Positions 37,945-49,161 of a stretch of DNA of 64,000 nucleotides are shown piece after piece. The stretch spans positions 32,001 through 96,000 of the forward strand of contig JBDRNC010000037.1 of NCBI GenBank assembly GCA_043811535.1, written 5' to 3'. Every line of letters begins with the position of its first letter. Position 1 is the stretch's first letter. The translations under genes were made by a program, and so were the position numbers. The DNA comes from Elusimicrobiota bacterium. Lineage in GTDB: Bacteria; Elusimicrobiota; Endomicrobiia; Endomicrobiales; JBDRNC01. The notes beneath the pieces were generated by a model, which saw only the letters and a program-made list of their open reading frames with translations, did no database searches and was not told the origin of the DNA.

Positions 37945-38778
37945 ATGGATTTAATGCATCTTATCTGGAAAAAGTATCTTATGAGTGCCATCGATGTAAT
38001 TATCGTGGCTTTCATTTTTTACCGCGTCATGCTGCTTATCAAAGGTACACGGGCGGTGCAGATAACGCTTGGACTGCTGACACTTGTAATTCTAACGTTT
38101 ATTTCCAAAAACATCCTGCACTTGAAAATGGTGACCTGGCTGCTGGAAAGCTTCTGGCTTGTGGCGGCCATCATCCTTGTCGTCGTGTTCCAGCCGGAGA
38201 TACGTTCCGGGCTCGCGCAGCTCGGGAGCCACAAGTGGGGAAGGATCCTTTTTTCTTCAGAACTCAGTTTTATCGACGAGATTATCAAGGCCGTCAACGC
38301 GTGCAGCCAACAGCATATAGGCGCGCTGATAGTCCTTGAGCATGAAGTTGGTTTGAGGACATATATCGAGGCCGGAACGATTTTAAACGCGCAGGTAAGT
38401 CAGGAACTGATCCTTACGATATTCAACCCGAAGTCGCAGTTGCACGACGGGGCGATTATTGTAGAGAACACGCGCCTTATCGCGGCAGGATGCATACTGC
38501 CGTTGAGTAACGATTTGGACATATCCAAGGTTCTCGGAACGCGGCACAGGGCGGCTATAGGGCTCAGCGAGATTTCCGACGCGATAGTGCTTGTGGTATC
38601 AGAGGAGACAGGAATGGTATCGATAGCCCGCGATGGAAAACTTGAAAGCAATGTTGACACCGAAGACCTGAGGAAGAGACTCGTAAACCTGTACCGCACG
38701 CGCGGTGAGAATATCCTCCTGAGACGCATCAGCGCCGAGAGAAACCAGAAGGATGAAAATAATACCGACGGGAAATAA
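37945..38778 (+). CDS. cdaA: Diadenylate cyclase CdaA/DacA
   Basis: Three TM segments, FQPEIR..L, GALIV, LHDGA, GTRHRAAIG, VSEETG. Confidence 0.94.
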   Translation: MDLMHLIWKKYLMSAIDVIIVAFIFYRVMLLIKGTRAVQITLGLLTLVILTFISKNILHLKMVTWLLESFWLVAAIILVVVFQPEIRSGLAQLGSHKWGRILFSSELSFIDEIIKAVNACSQQHIGALIVLEHEVGLRTYIEAGTILNAQVSQELILTIFNPKSQLHDGAIIVENTRLIAAGCILPLSNDLDISKVLGTRHRAAIGLSEISDAIVLVVSEETGMVSIARDGKLESNVDTEDLRKRLVNLYRTRGENILLRRISAERNQKDENNTDGK

Positions 38779-38780
38779 AA

Positions 38781-38870
38781 ATGTTTAAAAACTGGAAAAG
38801 AAACTGGCAGTTAAAACTGATATCACTTCTTCTTGCCCTAGCCTTGTGGTTTTATCTTTTCGGGAAATGA
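38781..38870 (+). CDS. 29-aa membrane peptide matching the N-terminal TM helix of CdaR/YbbR (below the ORF-track cutoff)
   Basis: MFKNWKRNWQLKLISLLLALALWFYLFGK*, starting 2 nt after the cdaA stop, in the cdaR position before glmM. Confidence 0.7.
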   Translation: MFKNWKRNWQLKLISLLLALALWFYLFGK

Positions 38871-38917
38871 ATCAGCGCGGCTGGCCGGCTTTCGTAATGA
38901 GAAAGAGAAAATACTAA

Positions 38918-40267
38918 ATGCGATTATTCGGCACTGACGGGATCAGGGGCGTCGCGGGGGAATACCCGCTTGACAAGGAAACAATAAACAGGATCGGCGC
39001 TGAATCGATGAAAGTCCTGAAAGATGTTTCCTCGAAACGCGCCGTAGTTCTTGGAAGGGACACAAGGGAATCCGGCTCGTGGATATCGGAGATCCTTGAC
39101 GGCAGCATGTCGTCGCAGGGCGTTAAGATATTTGATGCCGGCGTGATACCCACACCCGGAGTGGCGTACCTGACGGCAAAACACAAATTTCTTTCGGGAG
39201 TCGTCATTTCGGCTTCTCATAATCCTTTCAGGGATAACGGCATAAAATTCTTCAGCTCCAAGGGAACAAAACTTTCCGAAAACATTGAAAAGAAGATAGA
39301 GACGGGTATATTATCGCCGCACGCAGCGGAGCCGCATCCGAAAGAAAAGAATATATTAAAAAGCCCGGAGCTTATCAAAGATTACAAAGGGTTCCTGAAA
39401 AGCGTGTTCCCGGAAAAGTATTCGCTCAGGGGATTGAAAATAGTCATTGACTGCGCGAACGGCGCGACATATAAAGTGGCTCCGGAGATATTCGGGGAAC
39501 TGGGGGCGGAAGTGACCGCGCTTAACGTGCACCCGGACGGCAGGAACATCAACTCGGGTTGCGGGGCGACGCACCCCGAAAAAATGGCCGAATCGGTCAA
39601 GAAGCACGGCGCGTTCTGCGGAATGTCGTTTGACGGCGACGGCGACAGGGTCATATTCGCCGATGAGAACGGCGTTGTGCGGGACGGGGATTATTTTCTT
39701 GCGATATGCGCGAAGCATCTCAAGGAAAAGAACGAGCTTAAGGGCAATCTGCTTGTCACGACTGTTATGGCGAATCTCGGCCTCTACAAGGCCATGGAAA
39801 GCCTGGGCGTAAACACTGTAAGGACACCCGTCGGAGACAAATATGTTTTTGAAGGGCTTATAAACCACGACGGCGTATTAGGCGGAGAACAGTCGGGGCA
39901 CATAATATTCAGGAAATATCTTTCAACCGGCGACGGAATTTTGAGCGCCCTTCAGATACTCGAAGTCCTGCTTGAAAGGAACAAGACGCTTTCCGAGCTT
40001 TGCGGAATAATGAGAAAATACCCGCAGGTGCTCCAAAACACACACGTCGCGAAAAAGGTGCCGATTGAGGACCTCTTGAAGACATCGGAACTTATAAAAG
40101 AATGCGAGAGAAAACTTGGGAACGACGGAAGGGCGCTGGTAAGATATTCGGGCACCGAGAATCTTCTGAGAGTCATGATAGAAGGCCCGGATAAAAACGT
40201 AATTGATAAGATGGCCGATGAAATATCGGATACAGCCAAAGAGGAAATTGAAAGATTGAAAAATTAA
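38918..40267 (+). CDS. glmM: Phosphoglucosamine mutase
   Basis: LFGTDGIRG, VISASHNP, FDGDGDR, GGEQSGH, RYSGTE..RVM.E. Confidence 0.96.
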   Translation: MRLFGTDGIRGVAGEYPLDKETINRIGAESMKVLKDVSSKRAVVLGRDTRESGSWISEILDGSMSSQGVKIFDAGVIPTPGVAYLTAKHKFLSGVVISASHNPFRDNGIKFFSSKGTKLSENIEKKIETGILSPHAAEPHPKEKNILKSPELIKDYKGFLKSVFPEKYSLRGLKIVIDCANGATYKVAPEIFGELGAEVTALNVHPDGRNINSGCGATHPEKMAESVKKHGAFCGMSFDGDGDRVIFADENGVVRDGDYFLAICAKHLKEKNELKGNLLVTTVMANLGLYKAMESLGVNTVRTPVGDKYVFEGLINHDGVLGGEQSGHIIFRKYLSTGDGILSALQILEVLLERNKTLSELCGIMRKYPQVLQNTHVAKKVPIEDLLKTSELIKECERKLGNDGRALVRYSGTENLLRVMIEGPDKNVIDKMADEISDTAKEEIERLKN

Positions 40268-40330
40268 AAAGATTGAATGATTGAGGCTGGTGTAATCTTG
40301 AAATCTTTAAATCTTTCGAATCTTTAAATC
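40251..40330. repeat. AAAGATTG/AAATCTTT 8-mer inverted-repeat hairpin
   Basis: Left arm AAAGATTG...AAAGATTG AATGATTG; right arm AATCTTG AAATCTTT AAATCTTT ..AATCTTT. Confidence 0.7.
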
Positions 40331-40336
40331 GTATTT

Positions 40337-41068
40337 ATGGTTAAACTCGGTATTAACATTGATCACATAGCTACTCTTCGTCAGGCGCGGCTTGCAAAGG
40401 AGCCCGACCCCGTGATGGCGGCAGGCATCTGCGAAATGGCCGGCGCCGACGGTATAACGGTGCACCTGCGCGAAGACAGGCGGCACATACAGGACAGGGA
40501 CGTGCAGGTCTTGAGAAAAACCATCAAGACGCGGCTGAATTTGGAGATGGCCGCGGTTGAAGAAATGGCAAAGATCGCGGCAGGCATAAAGCCCGACAGC
40601 GTCTGCCTTGTGCCCGAAAAAAGACAGGAACTCACTACCGAGGGCGGGTTGGACGTCGCGGCTAAAAAGAAGGAAGTCGCCCCCGTGGTCAAGAAGCTTA
40701 AAGCGGCAGGCATAATCGTCAGTATATTTGTGGATCCCGAAAGAAAACAGATAGAGGCCGCGGCGGACATAGGCGCGGACTGCGTTGAGCTGCATACCGG
40801 AAGCTACGCCGAAGCGTTCGCTAAAAGCGACCAGCTGACCGGCAATGCACTGCGCGAGCTGAAACGGCTGGAATCGGCCGGGGCGCTGGCCCGGGAGCTT
40901 GAACTGACGCTGAACGCCGGGCACGGGCTGGATTACAGGAACGTCGCTCCGGTGGCGCAGATAACAGGGATGCACGAACTGAACATAGGTTTCTCAATAA
41001 TCGCCCGCGCCGTGTTTGTCGGGCTTGAACAGGCAGTGAAGGAAATGAAATCTTTGATTACAGATTAG
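40337..41068 (+). CDS. pdxJ: Pyridoxine 5'-phosphate synthase
   Basis: [47 protein letters not shown]. Confidence 0.97.
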   Translation: MVKLGINIDHIATLRQARLAKEPDPVMAAGICEMAGADGITVHLREDRRHIQDRDVQVLRKTIKTRLNLEMAAVEEMAKIAAGIKPDSVCLVPEKRQELTTEGGLDVAAKKKEVAPVVKKLKAAGIIVSIFVDPERKQIEAAADIGADCVELHTGSYAEAFAKSDQLTGNALRELKRLESAGALARELELTLNAGHGLDYRNVAPVAQITGMHELNIGFSIIARAVFVGLEQAVKEMKSLITD

Positions 41069-41128
41069 CAGATTACAAATTGAAGACAAGCAGTAAATTT
41101 GTAATATGTAATTTGTAATATGTAATTT
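41056..41128. repeat. ATTACAA-type heptamer inverted-repeat hairpin
   Basis: GATTACA GATTAG CAGATTAC AAATTGAA ... AAATTT GTAATAT GTAATTT GTAATAT GTAATTT. Confidence 0.8.
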
Positions 41129-41143
41129 TCGCCGGAGGCGAAA

Positions 41144-42973
<1,830 letters not shown>

Positions 42974-43050
42974 GACAGGGTCCAGTCGCCAGGGTCCAGG
43001 GGCCAGTAAAAGCAATGACTTGACTTTATTAAATACTTGACCCTACAATA

Positions 43051-43392
43051 ATGAAAATCGGAATTGATATTATCGACGTAAAGAGAATAAGCAAGCTTAT
43101 TAAGAACGGCAAGTTCCTGAAAAAGGTTTACACGCCCGAGGAAGTCAGATACTGCCGGTCCAAAAAGAAGAAAGCGCAGCATTTCGCGGTGCGGTTTGCC
43201 ACTAAGGAAGCGGTTTGGAAAGCGCTGGGCAGGAATGACATCTGGCACAGGGATATCGGCGTAAAGAACATGCCGGATGGAAAACCGGTCGTTCTTATCA
43301 AGGGAAAACCCAGGAAAGATATCGCGATATCGTTGTCGCACACCGACGATTACGCGACGGCAGTCGCAATTAAGACAAATACTAAATTCTAA
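43051..43392 (+). CDS. acpS: Holo-ACP synthase
   Basis: IGIDII, RFATKEAVWKALG, GKP, SLSHT. Confidence 0.92.
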   Translation: MKIGIDIIDVKRISKLIKNGKFLKKVYTPEEVRYCRSKKKKAQHFAVRFATKEAVWKALGRNDIWHRDIGVKNMPDGKPVVLIKGKPRKDIAISLSHTDDYATAVAIKTNTKF

Positions 43393-43514
43393 ATAATAAA
43401 CACTAAATAAATATAAAAGCATAAATACAAATTTCAAATATACATGCAGTGTTTGAGTTTAATAAATTGTATTATGAACTTATTTAGAGTTTAGTATTTG
43501 GTGTTTAGAGTTTC
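43377..43514. repeat. CTAAATA/TATTTAG-type heptamer inverted-repeat region
   Basis: Left ACTAAAT TCTAAAT AATAAAC ACTAAAT; right ATTTAGA GTTTAGT ATTTGGT GTTTAGA. Confidence 0.75.
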
Positions 43515-43527
43515 ACAGAGAGGATCC

Positions 43528-44424
43528 GTGAAAACTATTAGACTTACCGGTAAATATGTCCATTCCTTGATGAAACCGAGGAATAAAGATTCACATAAGG
43601 GTGATTACGGGCATGTATTGATAATCGCGGGGTCGCGGGGTATGCCCGGAGCGCCCGTGCTGTGCGCGGGCGGGGCGCTGCGTTGCGGTGCAGGGCTTGT
43701 TACCGTCGCGGTGCCTGAAGGGCAGTATGAGATTATCGCGAAAAGAATCAGGCCGGAGGGAATGCTTCTTCCTTTGCCGGAAACATCAGAAGGCAGGATA
43801 AGTGTTTCCGCTTTGTTGAAGATAAACGAATTCATTGAAAAACGAAAAATCTCCGCTATAGTCATAGGCCCGGGGATGGGCGCGGGGCTCGACACAAAAA
43901 AACTTATCTTGAAATTAATATCCTCTTTCAGTATCCCGGTAGTCATTGACGCGGACGGGTTGAATTCGCTGTCGGGGGTGGCGGGTTTTCTGAAAAGCAC
44001 GAAGGCGCAGATAATACTTACGCCGCATCCCGGTGAATTTGGCAGGTTGACGGGAATAACCGCGAGCGAGATACGGCACAACAGGGCCGGAAAGGCGAAA
44101 GAATTCGCTTACGGACATGGCCTGGTATGCGTGCTCAAGGGCGATGGGACCGTGGTTACCGATGGAAAAAAGGTATATATGAACGCTACGGGAAATCCGG
44201 GCATGGCCTCGGGCGGTTCCGGCGACGTGCTTGCCGGGATGATAGGCGCTCTGGCAAGCCAGGTAAAAGAGCCGCGCGTTCTGAACGCGGCGGCCGCCGG
44301 GGTGTATATCCACGGCCTTGCCGGGGACATGGCGGCGCGGAACAAAACCATGACGGGGATGCTCGCCGGAGATATTTCGGAGCAAATACCGAAAGCATTA
44401 AAAAGAGTAAGCAGTAAGCTGTGA
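43528..44424 (+). CDS. nnrD: ADP-dependent NAD(P)H-hydrate dehydratase (stand-alone)
   Basis: HKGDYGHVLIIAGS, IGPGMG, IDADGL, LTPHPGEF, GGSGDVLAG. GTG start after GAGAGG. Confidence 0.9.
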   Translation: MKTIRLTGKYVHSLMKPRNKDSHKGDYGHVLIIAGSRGMPGAPVLCAGGALRCGAGLVTVAVPEGQYEIIAKRIRPEGMLLPLPETSEGRISVSALLKINEFIEKRKISAIVIGPGMGAGLDTKKLILKLISSFSIPVVIDADGLNSLSGVAGFLKSTKAQIILTPHPGEFGRLTGITASEIRHNRAGKAKEFAYGHGLVCVLKGDGTVVTDGKKVYMNATGNPGMASGGSGDVLAGMIGALASQVKEPRVLNAAAAGVYIHGLAGDMAARNKTMTGMLAGDISEQIPKALKRVSSKL

Positions 44425-44437
44425 GCAGGAAGCAAAA

Positions 44438-45568
44438 ATGAAAAGCTTAAAAGAAAAACTGATAACCATAAGAAGGACTATACACCGGTATCCGGAATTA
44501 GGGTACCAGGAATACCGGACTTCGGCATTTATTGAAAAAATACTTAGAAGTACGGGAATAAAAACAAAACGCGTGACAAAGACGGGTATTGTCGGCATAC
44601 TGGAAGGCGCGCGAAGCGGAAAATGCGTCGCGCTCCGGGGCGATATCGACGCGCTGCCGGTGAATGAGATGACAGGCAGGTCGTTCGCTTCGCAAAGGCG
44701 CGGCGTGATGCACGCCTGCGGCCACGACGCAAACACGGCTATGGTGCTCGGCGCGGCGATGCTGCTTTCCAGGAAAAAAAACAGAATGCGCGGGGCCGTA
44801 AAATTCATTTTTCAGCCGAATGAAGAATCTTCGGGAGGGGCCTCACGGATGATCAAAGCCGGAGCGCTGAAAAATCCGAAAGCGGACGCGATACTCGGCA
44901 TACACGTTTACCCGTGGCTCAAAACAGGGACGGTGGGCCTGAAATACGGGTATATGATGGCGGCGGTAGACAAGTTCACAATAGAAATACTTGGAGAGGG
45001 CGGTCATGGGGCTTATCCCCATAAGGGCAAAGACGCTGTTGTGATTGCTTCTCATGTCATACAGGCCCTTCAGTCGCTGGTATCAAGGGAAGTCAATCCG
45101 GTTGACCCTTTCGTCTTAACGATAGGAATGATAGAGGGCGGTGAAAAATTCAACATATTGCCCGGCGCGATAAAAATGACCGGCACGGTGAGAACGCTTG
45201 ACGCGAGACTTCATAAAGCCGTCCCGCGCATGATAGAAGAGAAAGTTGCCGCGATAACCAGGGCTTTCGGGGCGGGATACAGGTTTGACTTTAAGGTTCT
45301 GGGAGGGCCGTTGAAGAATTCCAGGGAGTTCGTGGACCTGTGCGGACGGGCTGCGGACACTCTTAAAATGAATAAGGTCATAATGGAAAATCCGTCAATG
45401 GGCGGGGAGGATTTTTCGGAATACCTGAAAACTGTGCCGGGTTGCTTTATCTATGTCGGCAGCGGAAGAGCCGTTCCCTGGCACCATGAAAAATTCGACA
45501 TCGACGAGAATGTCCTGCCCAAAGGCGCCGCGCTGCTCGCAGAAGCCGCGGGAATGTTCCTGGGGTAG
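44438..45568 (+). CDS. M20 family amidohydrolase
   Basis: HRYPELG..E..T, RGDIDALP, MHACGHD, FQPNEE, GGEDF, HH..FD.DE. Confidence 0.9.
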   Translation: MKSLKEKLITIRRTIHRYPELGYQEYRTSAFIEKILRSTGIKTKRVTKTGIVGILEGARSGKCVALRGDIDALPVNEMTGRSFASQRRGVMHACGHDANTAMVLGAAMLLSRKKNRMRGAVKFIFQPNEESSGGASRMIKAGALKNPKADAILGIHVYPWLKTGTVGLKYGYMMAAVDKFTIEILGEGGHGAYPHKGKDAVVIASHVIQALQSLVSREVNPVDPFVLTIGMIEGGEKFNILPGAIKMTGTVRTLDARLHKAVPRMIEEKVAAITRAFGAGYRFDFKVLGGPLKNSREFVDLCGRAADTLKMNKVIMENPSMGGEDFSEYLKTVPGCFIYVGSGRAVPWHHEKFDIDENVLPKGAALLAEAAGMFLG

Positions 45569-45755
45569 CACCCCCACCTCTTGGTGGATGAAGGAATTGC
45601 GTTAAAAAAGAGTCGTTAATCTGAAATCTGAAATTTGTAATTTGAAATTGTTGTAAACACCCCCACCTCGTTCCTCCCCCATCAATGGGGAGGATGAATG
45701 TTGGGCCGTTAGACTTGTTTTCTGTTTTGTCATTTGAGCTTTGTCATTTGAATTT
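45569..45755. repeat. Cluster of REP-like and heptamer repeats
   Basis: CACCCCCACCTC twice (45569, 45658); TCCTCCCC..GGGGAGGA hairpin; TAATCTG/AAATTTG heptamers at 45616-45650; TGTCATTTGA twice. Confidence 0.7.
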
Positions 45756-45778
45756 ATTATTAAAGGGAGGTGTTTTAA

Positions 45779-45985
45779 ATGCTTGCTGTGATAACGGGAG
45801 TTGCATTTCTTGTGTTGGGGCTCTGGGGCATTATAGGATGGTGGCCGGATTTCATCTCTTTCCTCAAAGGTTCAGTTCCGGCGATGATTTTTGTGGGCGG
45901 TTTTCTTGCGGTGATCGCGGGAATCACAAGCATCAAGGATTCTTTTGAATCAAAGGCTGAATTGACGGAAGAAGAGAAGAAATAA
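45779..45985 (+). CDS. Small two-TM membrane protein, MamI-like
   Basis: GGGAGGT RBS; GL.G...WW....FLKG.VP......G..A..AG pattern. Confidence 0.65.
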   Translation: MLAVITGVAFLVLGLWGIIGWWPDFISFLKGSVPAMIFVGGFLAVIAGITSIKDSFESKAELTEEEKK

Positions 45986-46121
45986 GAGAAGCAGCAGAAT
46001 TTGAGCAAGCCGAATCCCGGTGCGCCGCCAGACTGTCATACCCGGCGAAGCATCGGGATTTCATACTCTCTGGGAAGTCGCGTATTTAAACACGTCGCGG
46101 CGGGTGTTTGAAGGAGCTCCA

Positions 46122-47117
46122 CTGAAAAACCTGAAACAATTAGGCGAATTCAATTTGGTTGAACTTATTAAACGCCGGATAACGGGCGGAAAAAAGCCGC
46201 AACTGCCGGTTATTACGGGTCCGGGGGACGATACTTTTATCGCGGAAACCGGCGGCCGCATTATTGCCGGAACATGCGATGTACTCGTAGAAAACGTCCA
46301 CTTTTCGAGAAAATGGGCTACGCCGGAACAGATCGGGTATAAATGCATTATGGTAAACCTGAGCGACCTTGCGGCGATGGGCTGGTGCGAGCCGAAATAC
46401 GCGCTTATAGGGCTTGCGCTGACGAAAAACACGCCGGTCAGGTTTGTTGAAGGGCTTTACCGCGGAATGCAGAAAGCCTCAAAAAAGTACGGTCTTATAA
46501 TTGGCGGCGGCGATACCGTTTCTTCAGAGCATGACATAATGATATCGGTGAGTCTGATAGGGGAAATGCGGGTGAGACGCCCTATAACCCGTTCGGGCGC
46601 CAGGCCGGGGGACTTTATCGTCGTGTCAGGGACATTCGGCGATTCCGCAGTCGGCTTGAAAATACTAAAAGATAACCTGAAAAAGAATACCCGCGCCGCG
46701 AAATATCTTTTGAAAAAGCATTTTTTGCCCGAACCGAAGCTGGAACTTGGAAAAATACTCGCGCGAACCGGGGTGGTTACAAGCATGATAGATTCTTCCG
46801 ACGGCCTTGCGGCCTCTATAAGATTCATAACACAGGCAAGCCGCGCCGGCGCGGTTGTGAATGTTGACAATATACCCGTGTCAATGGCGGCGCGCGAGAT
46901 TGAAAAGGACGGGCTCGCGCTTGTTCATGCGGTCCTGCACGGCGGAGAAGAATATGAACTTGTTTTTACCGTAAAGCCGCGTCAGGCCGGAAAGTTGGTA
47001 AAAAGGATACCCGGATTGAAGATTATAGGCAGGATAACAAAAAATAAAAGCGTTAAATACTATCTGAACGGCAGGAAGATAGACGTCAAAAAGGCCGGAT
47101 ATGAACATTTTAAATAG
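46122..47117 (+). CDS. thiL: Thiamine-monophosphate kinase (start uncertain: CTG 46122 or GTG 46104)
   Basis: LGEF.L, GPGDD, NLSDLAAMG, GGDT, RSGARPGD, DSSDGL, GGEEYEL. Confidence 0.9.
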   Translation: MKNLKQLGEFNLVELIKRRITGGKKPQLPVITGPGDDTFIAETGGRIIAGTCDVLVENVHFSRKWATPEQIGYKCIMVNLSDLAAMGWCEPKYALIGLALTKNTPVRFVEGLYRGMQKASKKYGLIIGGGDTVSSEHDIMISVSLIGEMRVRRPITRSGARPGDFIVVSGTFGDSAVGLKILKDNLKKNTRAAKYLLKKHFLPEPKLELGKILARTGVVTSMIDSSDGLAASIRFITQASRAGAVVNVDNIPVSMAAREIEKDGLALVHAVLHGGEEYELVFTVKPRQAGKLVKRIPGLKIIGRITKNKSVKYYLNGRKIDVKKAGYEHFK

Positions 47118-47550
47118 GCGCTATGTCACAAATTCAGCAGGGGAAACAAAGGAGCTCGGCGCCAGGATATCAAAACTGATGAAGCCGGGAAGCCTTGTTT
47201 TTCTTTCCGGCGGGCTCGGCAGCGGAAAGACGACGTTTACGCAGGGTTTCGCGAAAGGGCTCGGGATAAGGCAGTTTGTACGCAGCCCCAGTTTTGTCAT
47301 TGCCAGCGAGTACGCTTCGCGGAAGGCGAAGATGTATCACATCGACCTTTACCGTCTTTCTCCGGATGACATAAACCGTTTCGGACTGGAAGAATACCTT
47401 TACGGAAATGATATCTGCGTAGTGGAGTGGGCCGAGAAATTCAAAGGGAGCGTCAGTCCCGATATAGAAATTAAATTCCAATGGGCCGGAGAGAATAAGA
47501 GAAGGATAGCGGTTAAAGACAGAAGGAAGAAGCCCGCCACTAAGATGTAG
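47101..47550 (+). CDS. tsaE: t6A biosynthesis ATPase TsaE
   Basis: LSGGLGSGKTTF, SPSF, HIDLYRL, VVEWAE. Confidence 0.95.
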   Translation: MNILNRRYVTNSAGETKELGARISKLMKPGSLVFLSGGLGSGKTTFTQGFAKGLGIRQFVRSPSFVIASEYASRKAKMYHIDLYRLSPDDINRFGLEEYLYGNDICVVEWAEKFKGSVSPDIEIKFQWAGENKRRIAVKDRRKKPATKM

Positions 47551-47606
47551 GCGGGCCCGCCAAAGCAGTAGTGGCGGGGAAGATGGAAGATGGAACGGCA
47601 ACGGAC

Positions 47607-48260
47607 ATGAAAATACTGGCGATTGAGACATCGGGAGCCGCGTTCAGCGTGGCCGCGGCGGAAAACGGCAGGCTGGTGAAAGAGATATTCTGGCATGCCG
47701 GGCTTAAACATTCGGAGAAACTGATTCCCGCGGTTAACAGGCTTTTGAAAGCGGTGAAGTGGAGAATAAAAGATATCAAAAAGATAGCTGTCTCTACGGG
47801 TCCCGGGAGTTTTACGGGAATAAGAGTAGGGCTTTCATGCGCCAGGGCCATCGCCCAAGACCTTGAAATACCGCTTGTCGGGATAGATACTCTCAAGATT
47901 CTGGAAGCCGGCGCGCAAAGAGGCGGCGTCAGGATATTCCCCGCGATTGATGCGCTGCGTTCCGAGGTATTCGCTAAAAATCCCGGTACAGGCGTTCCTG
48001 AAATCGCCGGGATAAACGATTTCATTTCCGGCTTAAAAAGAGAGAAAACTGATGTATGCGTCGTCGGCAGCGCCGCTTTGACATATTTCTCAGAGTTTAG
48101 TAAAAGATTAGGGAACAAAGTAATATTCGGCTCGGAAGAGATGAATTGTCCGAGGGCGGGAGTCCTGTCCCTTATGGCCGGAAAACTCAAAGGCGCAAAA
48201 TACGACAAAGCAAAGCCGCTCTACATAAGGCGCTCCTGGGCGGAGGAAAAACGCCGATAA
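47607..48260 (+). CDS. tsaB: t6A biosynthesis protein TsaB
   Basis: MKILAIETS, HSEKL.P, GPGSFTGIRVG, DALR.EV, PLYIR. Confidence 0.93.
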   Translation: MKILAIETSGAAFSVAAAENGRLVKEIFWHAGLKHSEKLIPAVNRLLKAVKWRIKDIKKIAVSTGPGSFTGIRVGLSCARAIAQDLEIPLVGIDTLKILEAGAQRGGVRIFPAIDALRSEVFAKNPGTGVPEIAGINDFISGLKREKTDVCVVGSAALTYFSEFSKRLGNKVIFGSEEMNCPRAGVLSLMAGKLKGAKYDKAKPLYIRRSWAEEKRR

Positions 48261-48266
48261 ATCGGC

Positions 48267-48354
48267 GATTACAAATTACAAATTACAGATTTCAGATTAC
48301 AGATTAACGCCTAAAAGTCTTTAATTTGAAATTTGCAATATGAAATATGAAATC
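48267..48354. repeat. ATTACAA-type heptamer inverted-repeat hairpin
   Basis: GATTAC AAATTAC AAATTAC AGATTTC AGATTAC AGATTAA ... TTAATTT GAAATTT GCAATAT GAAATAT GAAATC. Confidence 0.85.
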
Positions 48355-48372
48355 AATACCGGAGGTATTATC

Positions 48373-49161
48373 ATGGATTTCGGCATGAAGAACAGGTTAT
48401 CGAAGCTGATTAAAAAAGACGGCAGGTGTTTCTTCCTGCCGATTGATCACGGGTACTTCCAGGGGCCGACGAGCTGCCTGGAAAAACCGGGAAAGACGAT
48501 AGAGCCCCTGCTTAAGTACTGTGACGCGCTCTTCGTCACGAGGGGGGTACTGCGTTCATGTGTTCCTGCTGATACCGAAACCCCGATAATCCTTAGGATT
48601 TCTGGCGGGACCAGCATGGTAGGCAAGGATCTCGCGAATGAAATGATAACTACGTCCATCGACGATATCATAAGGCTCAACGTTTCCGCGGTAGGCGTGT
48701 CGGTTTTCGTGGGAAGCGATTACGAGCGCGAAACGCTGCAGAATCTTTCAAAGACTGTCAACGAATGCGAAAAATACGGGATTCCCGTCATGGCGGTGAC
48801 GGCTGTCGGGAAAGAAACAGAAAAAATGGAAGCGAGATATCTCGCGCTGGCTTGCCGCATAGCCGCGGAGCTCGGAGCCAAGGTTGTCAAGACATACTGG
48901 TGTGCGAAGGACTTTGAAAAGATTGTTGACGGCTGTCCCGTACCGGTGGTGATGGCGGGCGGTCCTAAATGCGACACCGACAAGCAAGTGCTGGATTTTG
49001 TCTATGACGGCATAACAAAAGGTTCCATTGGCATAAATCTCGGCAGGAACATCTGGCAGAACAAGCATCCCATACCCATGGCAAAGGCCCTCCATGCGAT
49101 AGTCCACGGCAACAAGACTGCGGACGAGGCCTTTGAGATATTCAAAAAAGAGCAAAAATAG
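48373..49161 (+). CDS. lsrF: LsrF-like class I aldolase/thiolase
   Basis: MDFGMKNRLS, DHGYFQGPT, AVTAVGK, LACRIAAELGA..VKTY, AGGPK, GRNIWQ; GGAGGT RBS. Confidence 0.85.
   Translation: MDFGMKNRLSKLIKKDGRCFFLPIDHGYFQGPTSCLEKPGKTIEPLLKYCDALFVTRGVLRSCVPADTETPIILRISGGTSMVGKDLANEMITTSIDDIIRLNVSAVGVSVFVGSDYERETLQNLSKTVNECEKYGIPVMAVTAVGKETEKMEARYLALACRIAAELGAKVVKTYWCAKDFEKIVDGCPVPVVMAGGPKCDTDKQVLDFVYDGITKGSIGINLGRNIWQNKHPIPMAKALHAIVHGNKTADEAFEIFKKEQK

Noticed and set aside
41069..41143. glmS ribozyme upstream of glmS
   Set aside because: The 75-bp spacer is occupied by a heptamer hairpin and the RBS; no ribozyme core is visible.
43020..43049. Promoter TTGACT-18-TACAAT before acpS
   Set aside because: The -10 box ends 1 nt before the ATG, so it could not transcribe acpS; role unclear.
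45986..46121. TPP riboswitch or SRP RNA upstream of thiL
   Set aside because: No GCTGAGA / ACCTGA pattern of TPP and no complete SRP domain IV motif.
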